Assembly: GCA_021786315.1 (NCBI GenBank)
Contig: JAJYNN010000002.1
Coordinates: 334,997 to 398,996, forward strand
Direction: 5' to 3'
DNA from: a bacterium
GTDB lineage: Bacteria; Patescibacteriota; Microgenomatia; Daviesbacterales; UBA10151
Length of the DNA: 64,000 bases
The notes under the pieces were generated by a model. It had not been told where the DNA came from. It did no database searches and saw only the letters and a list, made by a program, of their open reading frames with translations. Each line of letters begins with the position of its first letter. Position 1 is the stretch's first letter. Shown here piece after piece: positions 60,921 through 64,000 of the stretch. A program made the translations under genes and the position numbers.

Positions 60921-63470
60921 TTAATTACTGTCCTCTTTTTCCTTCTCAACCACGGAGGCGGCGACAACCCTTTCGCCATCCCTCACTCTCATCAAGATAA
61001 CACCTTGGGTTTGCCGTTGTAAAGTCGGAACATCTTTGACCATTATCTTAATAAGCTGGCCTTTGTTAGAGGTCATTACCAGTGTACTTCCGTCGGAGCC
61101 GACTATTTGGGCGGTAACGATTGACCCGGTTTTAGAAGTGACTTGGGCAGCTTTGACTCCCATGCCGCCTCTTCCCTGCCTGCTCCAATTGGAGACTAAT
61201 GTCCTTTTGCCTAAGCCGTTGGCCATCACCGCTAAAAGTTGGTCAGATTTGGGGTCGCCGATCTTATTTAAGGAAACTACCTCATCCCCCTTGGAAAGTT
61301 TAATGCCTCTTACCCCCGAAGTATCTCGGTGGGTTGGTCGGACATCTTTTTCGGTGAACCTGATTGATTGTCCTTGCTCTGAAACGATGATTAAATCATC
61401 ATCACCGCTTGTGGGGCAGACCCAGCACAAAGTATCCCCTTTATCCAGGTTGATTGAGATCAGGCCGTTTTTGCGGATCGAAGCATACTCTTCGATGGCG
61501 GTTTTCTTGACGTTGCCTTCCTTGGTGCACATAAAGAGGTATTTGGCGGTTTCCTTTTTCTGCCTGGTGGTCAAAACTGCGGTAATCTTTTCGCCTTGAT
61601 CGATATTAATCAGGTTGACGATGGCTTGGCCTTTGGCAATCCGGGAGGCTTCGGGGATTTCCCAAACTTTGAGCTGGAAAACCCGGCCCCGGTCGGTGAA
61701 AAAGAGGATATTGTCTAAAGTCATGGTGTAAAAGATATGGCTGACTGCATCTTCTTCCTTGGTGGTAATGCCGGAAACACCCTTGCCCCCGCGGTTTTGG
61801 ACCCTAAAGGTTGAAGGAGCTTGTCTTTTGATATAGCCCCCCTCAGTAATGGTGACAATGGTATTCTCATCAGCAATTAAGTCCTCTTCGTTAAACTCCC
61901 CTACTTTCTGCTTGTAGACCCGGGTTTTTCTTTCGTCCCCGTATCTTTCTTTAATTTTTACCAGCTCATCCTTGATAACTTTCAGTATCTTTTCCGGATG
62001 GGCCAATAAGTCCTCAAGGTAAGCAATAGTTTCCCGGACCATCTTTAACTCATCCTCAATTTTTTGCCTTTCCAGGGCAGCCAGACGTCTAAGTTGCATA
62101 TCCAAGATAGCCAGGGATTGAATCTCGCTTAACTTGAATTTAGCCATCAGGTTAGTTTTCGCCTCATCAGCATCCTTACTCTTTTTAATGGTTTCGATCA
62201 CCGCATCGATATTGTCAACGGCGATTTTTAAGCCTTCCAAAATATGTTCCCGGGCCCGGGCTTCTTTAAGCTCAAATTCGGAGCGTCTTCGAATAACGAC
62301 CTGACGGTGGGAGATAAATTCCTCCAGGATGTGCTTTAAGGTGAGAAGTTTTGGTACCCCGTCCACCAAAGCGACCATATTAACATTAAAGACCGATTGC
62401 ATGGCGGTATGCTTATACAAATTATTAAGCAGGGATTGGGGTTTGGCGTCGCGCTTGAGCTCAATGACGATCCGCATTCCCCGTCTGTCGGATTCATCGC
62501 GTAAATCGGCAATTCCTTCTATCTTTTTCTCCTTGTGCAGCTCGGCAATCCGGGTAATTAAGTTAGCTTTATTAACTTGATACGGAATTTCAGTGACGAT
62601 GATATCGAACCGCCCGCTTTTGGTTTCCTCGATCTCGGCCTTGGCCCGCATGACGATTCTCCCCTTGCCGGTAGCGTAAGCGTTCATGATTTCTGATTGG
62701 TCGTAAATAGAACCACCGGTTGGGAAATCCGGGCCTTTGACGAATTGGACAAGTTCTTCGACGGTAGCATCAGAGCTAAATTTTTCAGAGGAATCAGTTT
62801 TTTCTGATTCACTGGTTAACAGATTTTCTGATAGATCCGATTTTCTGGTCTTCTGGTTTTCTGATTTGCTGGGGTGGTCAATCATGTAAATCAACGCACT
62901 GGTTAATTCCCCCAGGTTGTGGGTCGGGATTTGGGTGGCCATGCCGACGGCAATACCGGCGGCGCCGTTAAGAAGCAGGTTAGGGATGACTGAAGGTAAA
63001 AGTGTTGGTTCCTGGGTTGTTCCGGAATAATTATCGATGAAATCAACAGTATCCTTGTGGATATCCCGCAGGAGTTCATCAGCGATGGCGGAAAGCCTGG
63101 CTTCGGTATAACGCATAGCAGCCGGCGGATCGCCGTCTACTGAACCGAAGTTTCCCTGGCCGTCGATTAACATGTAACGCATGGAAAAGTCCTGGGCCAT
63201 CCGGACCATGGCTTCATAAACCGGAACATCGCCGTGGGGGTGGAAATTTTTTAAAACCTCTCCCACAACTGCGGCTGATTTTTGGTAGCGGGCGGTATGG
63301 TGCAGGCCGGATTGCTGCATGGCGTAGATGATTCTCCGCTGCACCGGTTTTAAGCCGTCGCGGACATCAGGAAGGGCCCGGGAAACAATAACCGACATGG
63401 CGTAGTCCAAATAGGACTTCTTCATTTCTTCTACAATTGGGGCTGGTTCTATCTTACCTATATTACTCAT
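60921..63470 (-). CDS. gyrA: DNA gyrase subunit A
   Basis: [36 protein letters not shown] GyrA-box. Confidence 0.97.
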   Translation of the reverse strand: MSNIGKIEPAPIVEEMKKSYLDYAMSVIVSRALPDVRDGLKPVQRRIIYAMQQSGLHHTARYQKSAAVVGEVLKNFHPHGDVPVYEAMVRMAQDFSMRYMLIDGQGNFGSVDGDPPAAMRYTEARLSAIADELLRDIHKDTVDFIDNYSGTTQEPTLLPSVIPNLLLNGAAGIAVGMATQIPTHNLGELTSALIYMIDHPSKSENQKTRKSDLSENLLTSESEKTDSSEKFSSDATVEELVQFVKGPDFPTGGSIYDQSEIMNAYATGKGRIVMRAKAEIEETKSGRFDIIVTEIPYQVNKANLITRIAELHKEKKIEGIADLRDESDRRGMRIVIELKRDAKPQSLLNNLYKHTAMQSVFNVNMVALVDGVPKLLTLKHILEEFISHRQVVIRRRSEFELKEARAREHILEGLKIAVDNIDAVIETIKKSKDADEAKTNLMAKFKLSEIQSLAILDMQLRRLAALERQKIEDELKMVRETIAYLEDLLAHPEKILKVIKDELVKIKERYGDERKTRVYKQKVGEFNEEDLIADENTIVTITEGGYIKRQAPSTFRVQNRGGKGVSGITTKEEDAVSHIFYTMTLDNILFFTDRGRVFQLKVWEIPEASRIAKGQAIVNLINIDQGEKITAVLTTRQKKETAKYLFMCTKEGNVKKTAIEEYASIRKNGLISINLDKGDTLCWVCPTSGDDDLIIVSEQGQSIRFTEKDVRPTHRDTSGVRGIKLSKGDEVVSLNKIGDPKSDQLLAVMANGLGKRTLVSNWSRQGRGGMGVKAAQVTSKTGSIVTAQIVGSDGSTLVMTSNKGQLIKIMVKDVPTLQRQTQGVILMRVRDGERVVAASVVEKEKEDSN
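62772..62870 (-). repeat. 8-mer array forming a ~33-aa in-frame insertion in GyrA
   Basis: minus strand cagcaaat cagaaaac cagaagac cagaaaat cggatcta ... between IDHP and DATVEEL. Confidence 0.82.
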
Positions 63471-63607
63471 AAATTACTCATATCTAGGGGCTACTTTGGT
63501 CATTAAAAATTGCCCTTTTGGGCATACTCATTATGTCATCTTTAAGATAAAATAGCAACCCTTATAAGCTCAATTCTGAGGCTAATTTTAAGGCTAAATG
63601 GGATAAT

Positions 63608-64000
63608 TTATTCGACTTGGGATGGATAGATAACGATGGCTCGGTGAGTCCAGTCTTCATTAAACTTTTCAACTGGAACTGGGTAAGCTTTGCCACCGTT
63701 TCCTTCTGAGTTAACCCAGGGATCATTTAAGATATAGTTTCCATTTTCTTTGCCCTTGATGACTACTAAGTGAGTAGCGGAAGTTTTAGCATAAGTGGGT
63801 CTCATGGAAGCAATAACTGGAATCTCTTGATCGATAAGTTGGTCGATTGCCTCTTTGATCCCCTTTTCCCTGGCTGTTTGGAAAATTTGAGTAAATTTTT
63901 CAATTTCTTCCTGAGTAGCTCCTTCCCTAGCTAAAATTGGACCAACTTTAGCTAAGTCCTCATCTTTTAGGAAATCAAAATTGATCCGAAAGCCGTGAAG
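63608..64000 (-). CDS. C39-like (papain-fold) peptidase, 5'-partial
   Basis: frame open to the window edge; IPVIAS, THLVVIKG, YILNDPW. Confidence 0.7.
   Translation of the reverse strand, partial: LHGFRINFDFLKDEDLAKVGPILAREGATQEEIEKFTQIFQTAREKGIKEAIDQLIDQEIPVIASMRPTYAKTSATHLVVIKGKENGNYILNDPWVNSEGNGGKAYPVPVEKFNEDWTHRAIVIYPSQVE

Overview
A 64-kb chromosomal segment of a small-genome bacterium. Gene content and style suggest Patescibacteria/CPR, probably Microgenomates (inference). It carries housekeeping genes (coaD, ychF, rpsF-ssb-rpsR, prfA-prmC, rpmE, hisS, dnaB, tRNA-Leu, efp, lgt, yebC-ruvC, a Xer recombinase, nfo, gyrA), accessory genes (treT plus a GH63-like hydrolase, a P-type H+-ATPase, leuA plus a fused LeuD-LeuC), a cohesin/dockerin surface cluster and a palindromic dif-like site at 52594-52621. 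The main signal is a dispersed system of short-period (7, 8 or 9 nt) degenerate repeat arrays. The arrays usually have about five units per arm and are often paired as inverted arms. They (a) bracket all three four-helix-bundle (IVP/Avd-like) genes, each with its own repeat type, (b) fill gene junctions from stop codon to start codon with no ORF, and (c) sit in-frame inside conserved genes (gyrA, ychF, prmC, an RluA-family gene) and in a signal peptide. All calls were made by eye; no database searches were run.
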